Of a stretch of DNA of 64,000 bases, positions 40,156-51,829 are shown piece by piece. How positions within the stretch are numbered: the stretch's first letter is position 1; each line of letters starts with the position of its first letter. The DNA is from Oikopleura dioica (Eukaryota > Animalia > Chordata): the NCBI GenBank assembly GCA_907165135.1, contig OU015566.1:9548001-9612000 (forward strand). The letters run 5' to 3'. The notes under the pieces were generated by a model. The model was not told the DNA's origin. It was given only the letters and a program-made list of their open reading frames with translations, and did no database searches. Position numbers and translations under genes: made by a program.

Positions 40156-41185
40156 ACGACTGTAAATTGTTCATCATTCTGGTTGTGCTTTCGAGTTCCA
40201 AATTTTAAGTCTAATAAATATAGTCGAAAAATACTTGATCTGTTCATTCAACAAGAAATTCAATTCTTCAAAAGAAAATTACAGAAATAGTTTCAATTGA
40301 ATGTTCACGTAACATTTTGGTCGGAATTTTGTAATGAGCGAGAAATGTCACAGTTCCGCTGCGGTAGCATTCGAAGCATTTCAAGAATTACACTTGTCTT
40401 CCGAGACAAGCGTGGGTGTGGTGGTGCTCAGAGGGTGCCCGCAGCACCAAACGTTCCAAAAATGGAGCTCACTTAGAGCAAGTCAAGCCCAAAGGTAAGA
40501 GCGTTATGCAATTTATTCACATTTTGAACTTGGATTTTTTCTACTAAGAGAGCTGTAAAATTGACTTTATTTCCAATAATATTGGCCCAATAGTGTTATG
40601 TGACTGTATTAATAATACAGTATTATTTTTGACAGTAAGGGTGGAACAGGGTTATTCGATGTCAAAAGAAGGAGATAACTGTAATTGTGACTCTAGTTGC
40701 AGCAGTCTTCTATCACGATATGCCTGAGTAAAATTTCATTCTATTTTGTCCACGAAAAACCTATATTTTTGTTCTTCTCTCAAGCATAAACTGGTCAATA
40801 ACTTCTGATAGAAATTCCACACCCGGTTGATTTCGCGGATGATCAATTGGTAAATAATTGAATTTCTATGAAACTGTTGTGTTTGCTCAGAACCAGCGGA
40901 AAGTATTCCAGTCCATTGGGTTCGGGTTTATTTTCGATACCTCGGAACTGATTAGCGCCGCAGCAGGGTGCTATAAAACTGCAAAGGCGCTTCTCTAAAA
41001 TTCGTTTATTATCCGACAAAACTGCGATTTCAGACGGAACAAGTCAACAATTGGGCTTCAATTAAACTCCATCAATCATCGAAGACTAATCCGACGAGGA
41101 AGAGACTCTTTTTTCAATAATATTCTTGAGAAAAACGCCACAAGAATAAGAAAACCAAAGAGATAAAAATAGCAAACAGAAGACG

Positions 41186-42921
41186 ATGAAGCTATCAAAT
41201 TTAATATTTTCGACAGGTAAGCACTCAGAATGAAAATGTTGGTTTATTTGAACCTTGTGTGAAGAAAATATAGCGGTTGTCGAAAATAGACTCTGGTTTC
41301 TTACTTGCTTTGATTTCTTGGTTTCTTGGCGAATGTCCTACATTTTGATTGAGAGATTTAAACGTTTTTAGTGGCAGCTACGTCAAGTATTAATGACCTT
41401 CTCGTATGCTCTGTTTGGCCTGGTGAGACGGTTGATGAAGCTCAAATCAAAAAGTCTGAGTGTGACGAGCTCAGAGAAGTTTTTTCGTCATCAAATGGTA
41501 TTGTAATCGGTAATTAGCAGAATTATAATTTGTGTATTGAAGGTGATGTCCGGTACATTTCACGGACAGCTACACACGGACTCTGCATTGATCTTGATTG
41601 TGTAAAACAGGCGCGACAAAACAGCTTCCCAAGCGAAACTGTTGAACCAGTAAAAACTGCTACGATTTATGGAGATTCGGTGGAACACAAAGCTTTGACA
41701 CCAAAAAGAGAACTGATTCCTGTACCAATTGTATCCGTTTCCAACGCTACAAGTCCCAAAAAGACGAAACCTGCGGAACATGAAACGAAGCCAAATAGGA
41801 ATGGCTCATAAATTTAGGCTCTTAGTCCTCCTTATGATAATTTTTAAAGCCAACATGATAGTATTGCCAGTTCCTGGGGTAGGCTTTTCAATAAAGCAAA
41901 GGAAGAAAAAGAAATTGAAAAGGACGAGTATGCCATGCAATATTCTTCACAGTGCTCTCTTTCTGATCCAGGTAATTTTCAACAACTATTATCCCGTCTT
42001 CAACGACAATAGAAAGCCAAAATACATGCTGCTCGGGGCACGATCCGTCACCATGCTGTGATTACCACCAAAAAATCCTCCAGAAACAGGGAATGGCAAG
42101 ATTTGGCTTTCTTCGGCGACCAACCGGTCGAATCGTCGGTGGAGTTCCCGCTCGAGAGTTGAAAACTTCCGTTGCATACATCGCAAAGCTTTCGCATGAC
42201 CAGAACTTTTGTGGTGGTGTCCTCATTCATGAAAATTGGGTGGTCACCGCTGCACATTGCATGGTTGAATACTGCGATGCTGGTGATGAATATTTGAAGG
42301 AACTTGTTGTGAAACTTGGCAAGACAAAGAAAATTAACTGGCTCATTGAAGATGGCGAGCAAGACGCGTATGTGCAATCTGTTCATTGCCATAGTAGAAA
42401 TTGCAAAGCACCCGGAAATCCTAGATTGAACGATATTGCTTTGATAAGATTGAAGGAGCCTGTCCGAATGAGGTATTTTTGTTCGTAAAAACTCTAGTTA
42501 AAATTTTCTCAGCAAAACCGTGGATATTGCTTCCATTCCAGAGCCGTATGCAATGCCAATTATGTCTCAAGAATGCATCACTCTCGGCTGGGGTGATACA
42601 AAGAACACGGGATATGCTGATGTTCTCAAACAGGTGTCGATTCCCCTTGTTTCCAATGAACAGTGTAATGATGGCCGATGGAGAGGGTGTACAATTCGAA
42701 GCTGTATGATTTGCGCCGGTGCGAAAGAAAAGGCTCCTTGCGCCGGAGACTCTGGTGGACCACTCTTCTGTCCTTGGCACGATGGTTCTTACCAACTTCA
42801 CGGTATCTACTCTTTCGGCCGCTGTGGAAGCGACGCGACGAAACCTGCTGTTTTCACGAGAGTCTCAAATTATCGAGAATGGATCGAAAATACAATTGTG
42901 CCTTTTGGTGATTTCATTTAA
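41186..42921 (+). CDS. Secreted S1A serine protease zymogen with a long pro-region
   Basis: Activation site R|IVGG; catalytic motifs TAAHC, DIAL and GDSGGP. Confidence 0.92.
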
Positions 42922-43170
42922 ACATTAATCTTCTAGCTTTGTTTAAAAAGTTCAAAATTCCACTTCGACTCTTTTCTGTACAGCGACTGACTGCTCTTCA
43001 TTTTTCACTGTTCCTGCCTCACGTCAATCAAATCGATCAGATTCAAGCTTGATTATTTTAATAAAAATGCTTTTCATCAAACTTCATTTTGAGTTTTGTT
43101 TTTATTTGTTCAGGCACTTGTGTTATTTTTAATGAAAACTAAAGTGTGTTAAAAAAGTTTGCAAAATTTT

Positions 43171-45301
43171 TTATTCATCTGATTTGAGCATTTCTGTTTC
43201 TTGCGATTCGACGCCATTCATTTTTGCGAATTCAGCGTTGATTTCCGCAAAAGATTTTCCTTTGGTTTCAGGTGCAAATTTCCACAGGAAGACGGCTAGG
43301 AAACCCGATACGGCGCAGAAAAAGATGAAGACCCATTCGCCGATGGCACTTTGAGCTTTTCCGGTTTCAATACTGTTTTCATTCAAAAAGGCAGAACTCT
43401 CTATATAAATGAAACCGTTCCGATCGGGAAAAATTTTCCAACGACAAAAGCCGCGGTCCAGTTGAGAGCACAAGAAACAGCTAGAACATTTTTTAAAATC
43501 ATCGAAAACATTGACATTCTTACATCCAGCTGGGCCTCTGGCTCGCTGTGGGAAGTATTCAGAGTTCCAAATCCATGGAACTGGTCCAGGACCAAGAGCG
43601 AATCCGACGATGTATCCAAGGATGCAAACAATAGAAAGGTACGGAACGAAACTTGCTGCAGTCAGGTATTTCAAGCAGAGGAACATGCCCAAGCAGCTAA
43701 ATAACAGTAAACAAGTGAAATTTTTCGAGTTCATACAAGATCACCATGAGAACATTTCCTCCAACATGAAGACCTGTTCGTCCAAATTTTTCAATCACAG
43801 CTAGACTAACAAAAGTCATGCCAACATTTTCAAGCCCCACCAAAGCAGAAATCATAGTAGAAGTTTCAACGCTAGAATTTCATTTGATAAAGCTAAATTA
43901 TTTTTTCCCTACGAGAAACCAGCGGCTTTGAAGATATCATTTGTGTAGAAGAAGATCGCGTTGATTCCGGAAAGTTGCTGGCCCATTTGAGCGATGCAGA
44001 CGATCATTAGTTGCCATCTGAGAGTCGGATCTTTGAAGAGTTCAAGAACAGTCATTCCATCGTCATCATCTGATTGTTCTGCCTTTATGATTGCTCAATA
44101 AGAGAAGCAGTTCTCTGAAAAGACTTAAATGAAAGCATTTCCTTCAGCTTAGCAGCCTCTTCTTCAAGTTCAGCAAGTTCGCCAGAAACGTCCTCAACGC
44201 CACGGAGTTTTTGGAGATCTTCTTGAGCTTGTTCGGAGTTGTTCTTTTCGATGAGCGTGTATCTTGGTGATTCAACCATTTTCGGGGAATAGAGAATCCA
44301 AACGATGCACGGAATCGATCCAAGTGCCATGAACCAGCCCCAAAGTGATGCTTTTCCAAGAATGCTTGGAAACGCAAGAATCTTAAAATCAAAATTCGGT
44401 TCTTTCGATATTATCGTACCTGTGCAGTCAAAATACCGATGGTAATGAATAACTGGGGTAAAACACCAGCTTTTCCTCGGAAATCGGCCGTTGAAATTTC
44501 AATAACGTACATTGGGCAAATTCCAGTAGCTAATCCAGCGAAGTATCCTACTGCCAACCTGGCGAGGAGGAGACAATAATGGCTTGACAAGTAGTACGCA
44601 GCAACGTAGAAGGCGCCTCCGATAAACGATGCGAAGCAATTGACAAACTGCGCTCCTTTTCGTCCGAATCTCGTCACCATAAAAGTCGTGGAGAATGAAC
44701 CGGCCATGCCACCGACGGTAAACATAGACACTGCGGTCGAGAACTGGTTTTCCTGATTTTTGACGAATCCCGTGTATTCTTCGACGGTGCAACTTTCATC
44801 TTCAAGTACAGTCGAGTTACACTGTTTGCCATACAGAGGATTCGTTTCCTCAAGGGAGTCTAAACAGATAGTTTTATGATATGTTTGCTTCCTGAACTTT
44901 CACTGATGACTGTTACATAACTCGGTTTTATGCATGTTCGCTGATGAATACGAGCGCGGTTTGGTTAAGATTTACCTGCATCTGAGAGGCATTTGTCAAC
45001 GCATAAATTGGGGTAGAGCTTTTCTTTGATGAAGCCGGCCGGGCCGTTTACATTTGACACATTCCAACCATACTAGAATTTAGTTAAGAATCTCACTTGC
45101 TAAAATATATAAATGTAATCTGTCTACCTAGTATCAATTTCTTTCTATTGGAATTTCTTTTTTTCTTTGATTAAGTTCGCTAGTTTAGAATTCATGTGAC
45201 CTTGTTGCTCATAAATCAGCCAGTTAATCTACCTGAAAGCTTCCTGCCAGAACACAAATGATGAGCCCTCCCAAGAAGGTCGAGGTCATCTTTTCCCCCA
45301 T
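43171..45301 (-). CDS. Facilitative hexose transporter (SLC2A/GLUT family)
   Basis: GSFQ|...YGWN, RFGRK, ESPRY, QQLSGINAIFFY, GPGPVPW and PETKGKSF sugar-porter motifs. Confidence 0.93.
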
Positions 45302-45769
45302 TTTCTTCGTATCTTATTGCTCTACTGTTTCAAAGCTTCCGGGTCGTTCGTATTCTCTCTCGACTCGTCCGCTTACGAGGACCTCTTTGGTTGATAAATA
45401 CTACGGGGTAGATCGTGTGTTAGAATCAACTTTCGTTTTTGTTTGTTTGAGGCAAACATGGCTCACAAGTTTCAAACTCATCGAAAGTAATTCACATCTG
45501 ATATATGCATGGTTATTACTTCACTAACGATCGACCATAAAAGTTCGGGGGATGGTCCAAGAGTCAAGTGCAAAGTACTTCGATATCTCCATTCATTACA
45601 AAGTATTAAGTCAACATGCATTTCTACCTGCTTATGCGATGTGATAAATACGAAAAGCAAATATATCTTGCGTCCTATAAAATTTCCATTCTATATTTTT
45701 TCAATGCCCAAGAGTAGTATGTAAAAACACCATGTTTTACATAAAGGTCAATTTCACGGTCTGGCGCCA

Positions 45770-45837
45770 GCTTGTCTGGGATACAGGCGGTAATCTGTTT
45801 GATCAATTTAACAGTACTTCCTGTATCCCAGACAAGC
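45770..45837. repeat. 68-nt hairpin with perfect 18-bp arms
   Basis: GCTTGTCTGGGATACAGG ... CCTGTATCCCAGACAAGC, with extra internal pairing CTGTT/AACAG. Confidence 0.85.
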
Positions 45838-46229
45838 ATTTACTGGGAAATTTGGGTGATGTAATCTGCTTCTACAACCGACTAAGAAACTTTTGAAAAG
45901 TTAGATAAACGCTGTGACGAGCCTAAATTGGGGGCTATTATAGGATGACGGAAAAGCTGGCAAATCCGATATGTTCCGGAAGTGCCAGTCCGCTGCTGCG
46001 TTTTAGGATTTAGAATATTTGCTAACAATGTACCAACAAGCTGGGCGAGAATTGAAGAATCACCAGACAGTTTGCTTCTATCTTCTTTCCATTTTGATAT
46101 TATTTCATTTTCTGGAAACATTTTCGATAGAAAAGACACGAGCAAGCGTCGTAATTATATATAAAATGATTAATGGAGGGGTTAATGTAAATATGACTTC
46201 CGGACCGGAAGTATAAACTTCTCGATTCT

Positions 46230-47356
46230 CTCCAAACATTGTGGATCTTCAGCTGGTCTTCGCGAGTAAAAGCAAGACTTACGCAAGTGCGCTGAGAGTA
46301 ATTTGCTCCGTATCCTGATCCTCGAGTTTGGCTGCAGTAAGTCTCGCCTCGGTAGCTTCCTGTCGAATCTGACGTGCAGTTTTATTCAGATCATGCGCTT
46401 TCGCTTGTCGTTGATGTTGGTTCACCATTTTCGGCTCCATCACTCCTGATTTCGCGACAGCTAGAATGGAGGCTCATTATCTTTTCTTTTCAATTTCAAA
46501 CTTACATGTTTCATGACCTTGATTTCTGTTCAAGCGCTTGTTTCTGCCTTGATTCTTCCTCCGTTCGTCTCTGAAAATCGCGTCTTCCATTCGACCGATA
46601 CTTCTCATGACGAATTCTACCGCCTTGAGATTCACAGTACCGTCTCTCGTCATGTAGGACTTCATTTCGCAAACAGTTCCTAGAATTTCAATAAGAAAAG
46701 ATTCTCAAAAGATCAACTTACGTTTGTAGATTCCAACAAGTTTGTCGATCGCTCCCTCTCTGATCTCCCACGAGGGCAAGTGAGGCAAGAAATCGTTGCC
46801 AACGAAGAAACATAATAGAATCCAATCATCTATGATATTCTCCAAGTCCCAGGGAATAGGAATATTAAGAATTTGAAGCAGTTGGGCTATCCACTCGCGA
46901 ACTAGGGTCTGTTTAGCTGTTGAAAGAGGGGAAAGTGTAGTACCTGTTGCGATTCTGATGAAGATATAATTTCCCTTGGAGAAAACAGGCGGCTCTTTGT
47001 CTTCCGCTCCTTCTGGAAGACCTTGGCAGTCGATCAGCTCGTGGCTACATTGTCCACAGAGCGTACAGGGCTTCGGCTAAAGAGAGAGGTTAGTTTTTGA
47101 TGGATTTAGAGAACCTTACTTTTCCGTAAACAAACTCCTCTCTAACAATAGTGAAATTGGGCTCGTGCGTAGCCAAACCCAACATGATCAAATCAGCATC
47201 GGCGCCCCAAATACAGTGGTGCGTGTTGGGATCGTGGGTTGGCGTGTTACGCTGTTTTCGGATGTAGTCGATGATCTTGTGCTCTTCTTCGCCGGGAACA
47301 GAGGCGTCGGACAAGATCACATTCAACTCGTGCCAACCAGCCTCTTTATTCAGCAT
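46230..47356 (-). pseudogene. XRN2: Internal fragment of 5'-3' exoribonuclease 2, truncated at both ends
   Basis: [16 protein letters not shown]...[30 protein letters not shown] knuckle, DDWILLCFFVGNDFLPHLPSWEIREGAID. Introns retained; conserved PGEGEHK reads PGEEEHK; N- and C-terminal thirds absent. Confidence 0.85.
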
Positions 47357-47726
47357 TAAAAAGAGTGTCTAATGAGGACTCTTTCATGCTAGTTTTACCT
47401 TTCGGATTCGGGCCAGATAAATCGACTAGAAGTATGAATAAGGAAATTTGACGTAAAAAGAGTTGACTAAGATGTAGTATGAGTTGTTGGTCACATGGTA
47501 GCCGTAAGTTTTGTAGATGTTTTCTTAAGTGGATGATCTCATGTTTGGAACCAAATAAAGGATGATTATTCTTTGTTAACTAGATGGGATAAACTGGAGC
47601 TACTAAGACAACAGTAATCGTGATTTCTCGACAGGCAATCAGAAAATTTTCGAGAACTCGTTCTCCGGGGAGAATTATCTGAATCATTTTTGAACACGCG
47701 GTGCACCTACGCACCGCGCGGGGCTC

Positions 47727-47748
47727 TGATTGGCGCGCGCGCATGCGC
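47727..47748. promoter_or_regulatory. CCAAT box adjacent to an NRF1-type GCGCATGCGC palindrome
   Basis: TGATTGG at 47727-47733 and GCGCATGCGC at 47739-47748, about 120 nt upstream of the first traceable exon of the orphan gene. Confidence 0.5.
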
Positions 47749-47859
47749 AGACACTCAGAATTTATTTTCAATTTTCAAAAATTTGAATTTATTTCAATTT
47801 TAAAGAGAAAATCTGCGAAAAAAGAGAAAATCGACAACCAAATAACAGTTTTTATTCAA

Positions 47860-50800
47860 GACATCGACTTTTTTGGCGAGCCCTACTTTAGAGACATACT
47901 GTATCTTTTTACCTCTTTTTTTTTCAATAATTAACCGTATTGAATTTTAGATTGAAATCGAGAGGTAGAAACTTTCCTCCCTAATCGCTCCTAGCACACT
48001 CGATCGAGTACCGATTCTTCTGCAACAAGTTCGGCTGGAAGAACGATCTTAAGGAGCTTCTCCGAGAAATCTACTCCTTCGACAAGCCCGAAGCTGTCAT
48101 GCCCATCACGCGATCAGGTAAATAAACATTCTGAAATATATTTTACTATAAAAAAATGATCAAAATTATTAAAAAAGTAACCCATATCTTTTAGGAGCTG
48201 GAGGAAATCTCGTGATTGTGGAGGATGAGTCTTCAACTCCCGATCAGAAAAGGTAAGATAAAATAGAACTCAACCCCGACTTATCAAACTTATTCAGCAC
48301 CCAGCCCTGCGTCGAGAACCAGGCACCGATTCAAGAGCCACCGACGCCCGTTGAAGGGCAAAAAAGGAAAGAAGGGGAAGAAAGGCAAGAAGGGCAAAAA
48401 AGGCAAGAAGGGGAAGAAAGGCAAGAAGGGCAAAAAAGGCAAGAAGGGGAAGAAAGGCAAGAAAAAGAAAGCCTCCCCAAGCCGCCAAGCCCCAAAGCCC
48501 CCCAAGCCGCCAAGCCCCAAGCCGCCAAGGAGGATATGCCGCCTCCTCGCAAGCGTCAGCGGCGAGGTGGATACAAGAGGGCCAGGTTAGTTTTTGAGAT
48601 TTTTTTTTTTGGGAAAGGGAGAAAGCCTCTCGCCTCATAAATAATGGGGATAAAAATGAACATTTTCCCTGTGTACCTGATCAAAATTGGGGTAAACGTC
48701 TCGATTTTTTTAAACGCTCGAGACAGGGTTATGATTTAGAGATTGTGAGTTTGGCAAGGGAAGAGTGAGGTAAGGCTCGGGGTTGTTACAGAGGTTATAA
48801 AGGGGAAAGAAGAGGGGTCATACGGAAACTTCTTAGTACGGACCTGGGAGTCTGACAGAGAACGGAACGGATCCGCTGATTTTCTCCATACTTACCTCTG
48901 TAACAACCTCGAGCCTTACCTCACTCTTCCCTTACCCAACTCACAATCTATAAAACTTAATCTCTAGTCATGTTCGCTGGTGAACCTGGAGACCTGAGGG
49001 TGGAAGGGGTCATACGGAAACTTCTTAGTACGGTCCTGGGAGACTGGCAGAGAACGGAACGGATCCGCCATTCCTCAGGTCTCCAGGCTCATGAGCAAGA
49101 GCACGATTAGAGGTTAAAACATAGTAACCCTGTCTCGAGCGTTTAAAATAATCGAGACGTTTACCACAATTTTGATCAGGTACACAGGACAGGGTCAAAA
49201 ATTATCCCTATTTTACTCAGGTACACAGGACAGGGTCTCAAATACAGGATTCTACATAGCTCAGGTTGCTGAGCTCAGTTAAGGTTAAACGTAGGACCTT
49301 GAGTCGAGTCAGAGGAAAGGAGGTGGAATCAAGGGAATATAGCAGAGGTAATAAAGAAAAAAAAAAGGAAGGGGTCATACGGAAACTTCTTAGTACGGTC
49401 CTGGGAGACTGACAGAGAACGGAACGGATCCGCCTTATTTTTCAATGTTTACCACTGCTAAATTCCCTTGATTCCACCTCCTTTCCCCTGACTCGACTCA
49501 AGGCCCTACGTTTAACCTTATCTGAGCTCGGCAACATTACCTGAGAAAACTTGAGAGTCAAGATACACTGATTCTCCACCATAAGGGTGATTTTCTGATA
49601 ATAGGACTGTAGGGTTGAAAGTTGTCTTGGTAAAAGACAACGGTTATAATTTTTATGTGTGAACTTGGTCGAAAAAAAACCCTGTGTTTAACCCTGAGTC
49701 TGACCTGAGTACCTGACTGAGTGGGAAGGGCTTTCTCCCGAAATTAATTACAGCGAAATTAATACAGCATAAATTTAGGGACCGTAAGTGTCTCACAAGA
49801 AAGGTGTTTGCGAGCGCGATGAAGTCGGAGGGCCAGTATAATCAGCGATTAATAAGAATCGTGCAAACGGCAAAAACATCAGCCAAATTTAAACGGGTGC
49901 CAACCATACAACAAGCTGATATCGACAAGCTCAACAGCCGCGAGAATCCGGTAATTTATAAAAAGAAAAAAGTTTTAAACGTTATTTTTTAGGTCAACAA
50001 AGAGATCCTTCGAGCATTGGGAGGATACGATGGGTGGAAGCTAGGACATGTATTGAAGGATCTCTACAAGCAACAGGCAAAAGGCAAAGAAAAACTCCTA
50101 CTCCCACATCCCGACTCCATAGCCAAGGAACAGGCGGAGAATTTGGAGCAACAGGAGATTGAAAATCTCACCGACGAGGAGATGGAGGAAGAGGAAAGTG
50201 TCTTCAAGTGTTATGATCACGATTCGTTCGAGGAGAGGGAGCGACGGATAAAAAAAGACAAGTTTGCGATCTCCAGAGTCGCCCTTCTACGTAAGTCAAA
50301 CATTTTCGTTTCATTCAATGAGATGTACTTTTAGGATTCGAGATTCCCACACTGCTGAAAAACGACAAGGACTTGCGCTACAGGTCACGGTACGTCTGTC
50401 TGTACTCATGGTGGAACGACTGGATAGAGGGGGTTGCGCCGTTCACAGATCTAGAGTGTGCCATATTCAGCGAGTTCAAGCGTACAAACTCGGCAGGCGG
50501 CAAGATGGCAAAAAAAACGGTGGATGCCCTCGACAAACTCTGGAAGGAGCGAGAAGAAAGACAACTCAGGCATCATCGTTTTAAAAAACATATGCATCTA
50601 TACCACCCGCATCTGACAAAGTCACGATACAGAGCAAAGAGAAACGCCCTCATCAATAGATTGTCTTTTGCAAAGGTGCTCACCCTGGACAGATTCATGT
50701 AAGTTTACTTTTTGAATTCTTATACTTATATTTCTCCTAGGAAACACAGCGTTCTCGTCGACCCGGCGGAAGATTTTGTAAAATTTAAAGACGAGGAGCA

Positions 50801-51054
50801 TTTCTCGAATGCGGTCATTGTTGCACTCTCGGATTGGAAGAAGTTTCAATTGAAGAAGACCGGCAGGGTCACATATGGGAGCGAGTACACTGCCAACGTA
50901 AGTTTAATATAAGCTTTATCCATCTAACTTTATTTTTAAGCCGGCCGCTGGCGAAAAAGTGGACGACTTTGCGGACGCCGTGTCGGATGATGACGACAAC
51001 CACTCGTGGACCACGGCAGAGTCAGACGAGGGGGAAGAGTCCGAAGAAATGTAA
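47860..51054 (+). CDS. Orphan multi-exon nuclear-type protein with charged repeats; contains the 1.19-kb structured intron
   Basis: Exons splice in frame with GT-AG: IDFFGEPYFRDIL|LKSR|AHSIEYRFFCNKFGWK...EGEERQ repeats...PPPRKRQRRGGYKRA|RDRKCL...SWWNDW...HFSNAV...EESEEM*. N-terminus not located. Confidence 0.7.
48353..48460 (+). repeat. Three copies of a 36-bp coding tandem repeat
   Basis: GAAGGGCAAAAAAGGCAAGAAGGGGAAGAAAGGCAA x3, encoding EGQKRQEGEERQ in the spliced frame. Confidence 0.9.
48586..49778 (+). repeat. 1193-nt intron built of nested inverted repeats with three copies of a 64-nt loop
   Basis: GT at 48586, AG at 49778; flanking exons join in frame. Direct repeats at 48813-48876, 49005-49068 and 49370-49433, each bracketed by a different inverted-repeat pair. 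Confidence 0.9.
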
Positions 51055-51538
51055 ACTGTCCTCTACTGCCCTCTACTGCCACCCTCTACTAGCACTGTAT
51101 AATATACTAAAAACAACTCATACGATCCTGTTTTTCCTTTGCATTTGATTATCTAAAGAGTCAGGCTCGAGCAATTATTCAAAACAACTTTATTCAAGGT
51201 AAATTTAAATTATTGTTCTATGCAGGCTTTTACTATAAATGCATGCAGAGGTCGCTTGTGTGATCGACTGCTGATATAATACGTGTAGGTTTTAAGAAAT
51301 GAGTTATATTCGAATTTAAACACAGTTGATATTCACGAGAAAAAACCGAATTTTGCAGGTAAAATTGTGACATTTTAAAGGAAGAAACACCCGAAGTGAC
51401 AATCAAAATATTCTTAATGATTGAGTTTCATTTTATCAAGAAGTAGGCAGATGCGATCAATACGACAGATAAAAAAACATATGTTTCATTTCAAAGTTCA
51501 ATTTTCAAGTAAACTTCGGCTTTGAAAGCTTAACCCAA

Positions 51539-51829
51539 ATGTCGTTTCATTTTGACTTTGTGATGAGGAAGGAGAAGCTGTCGACTTCACGGACAACGAC
51601 CACTTCAGCAACACGCTGGTGGCAGCGATCAACGACTACAAGGGCTTCATCTTGAAGAAGACAGGGGCTCTCCCCAATGGAAGCGAATACACACAAGAGG
51701 TATGACTTATTCTTAAAAATCAAACTACTTTTTCTTTAGCCCGGCCGGGAGGAGGATCGCCTCCAAGACTACGCCCAACTCGACGTGCCCGACGACTGGA
51801 CAGACGAAGAAGACAACGAGGAACCTTAG
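51539..51829 (+). pseudogene. Tandem paralog of the last two exons of the 47860-51054 gene
   Basis: DHFSNTLVAAINDYKGFILKKTGALPNGSEYTQE| aligns with EHFSNAVIVALSDWKKFQLKKTGRVTYGSEYTAN|, with the same intron position. The only nearby ATG is out of frame by 1 nt. Confidence 0.6.

Noticed and set aside
40333-40500. Possible exon MSEKCHSS...ASQAQ| ending in a GT donor
   Set aside because: Downstream exons could not be traced and no family was recognised.
48351-48590. (GKK)n poly-lysine ORF in the ORF track, and the antisense (FLP)n ORFs
   Set aside because: These are alternative frames of the 36-bp repeat. Splice phases on both sides select the EGQKRQEGEERQ...RKRQRR frame.
48813-49433. Three near-identical 64-nt repeats with unique intervening sequence, superficially CRISPR-like
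   Set aside because: Eukaryotic intron, repeats too long, irregular spacing, spacers are self-complementary stems, and no cas genes. Reported instead as a structured intron.
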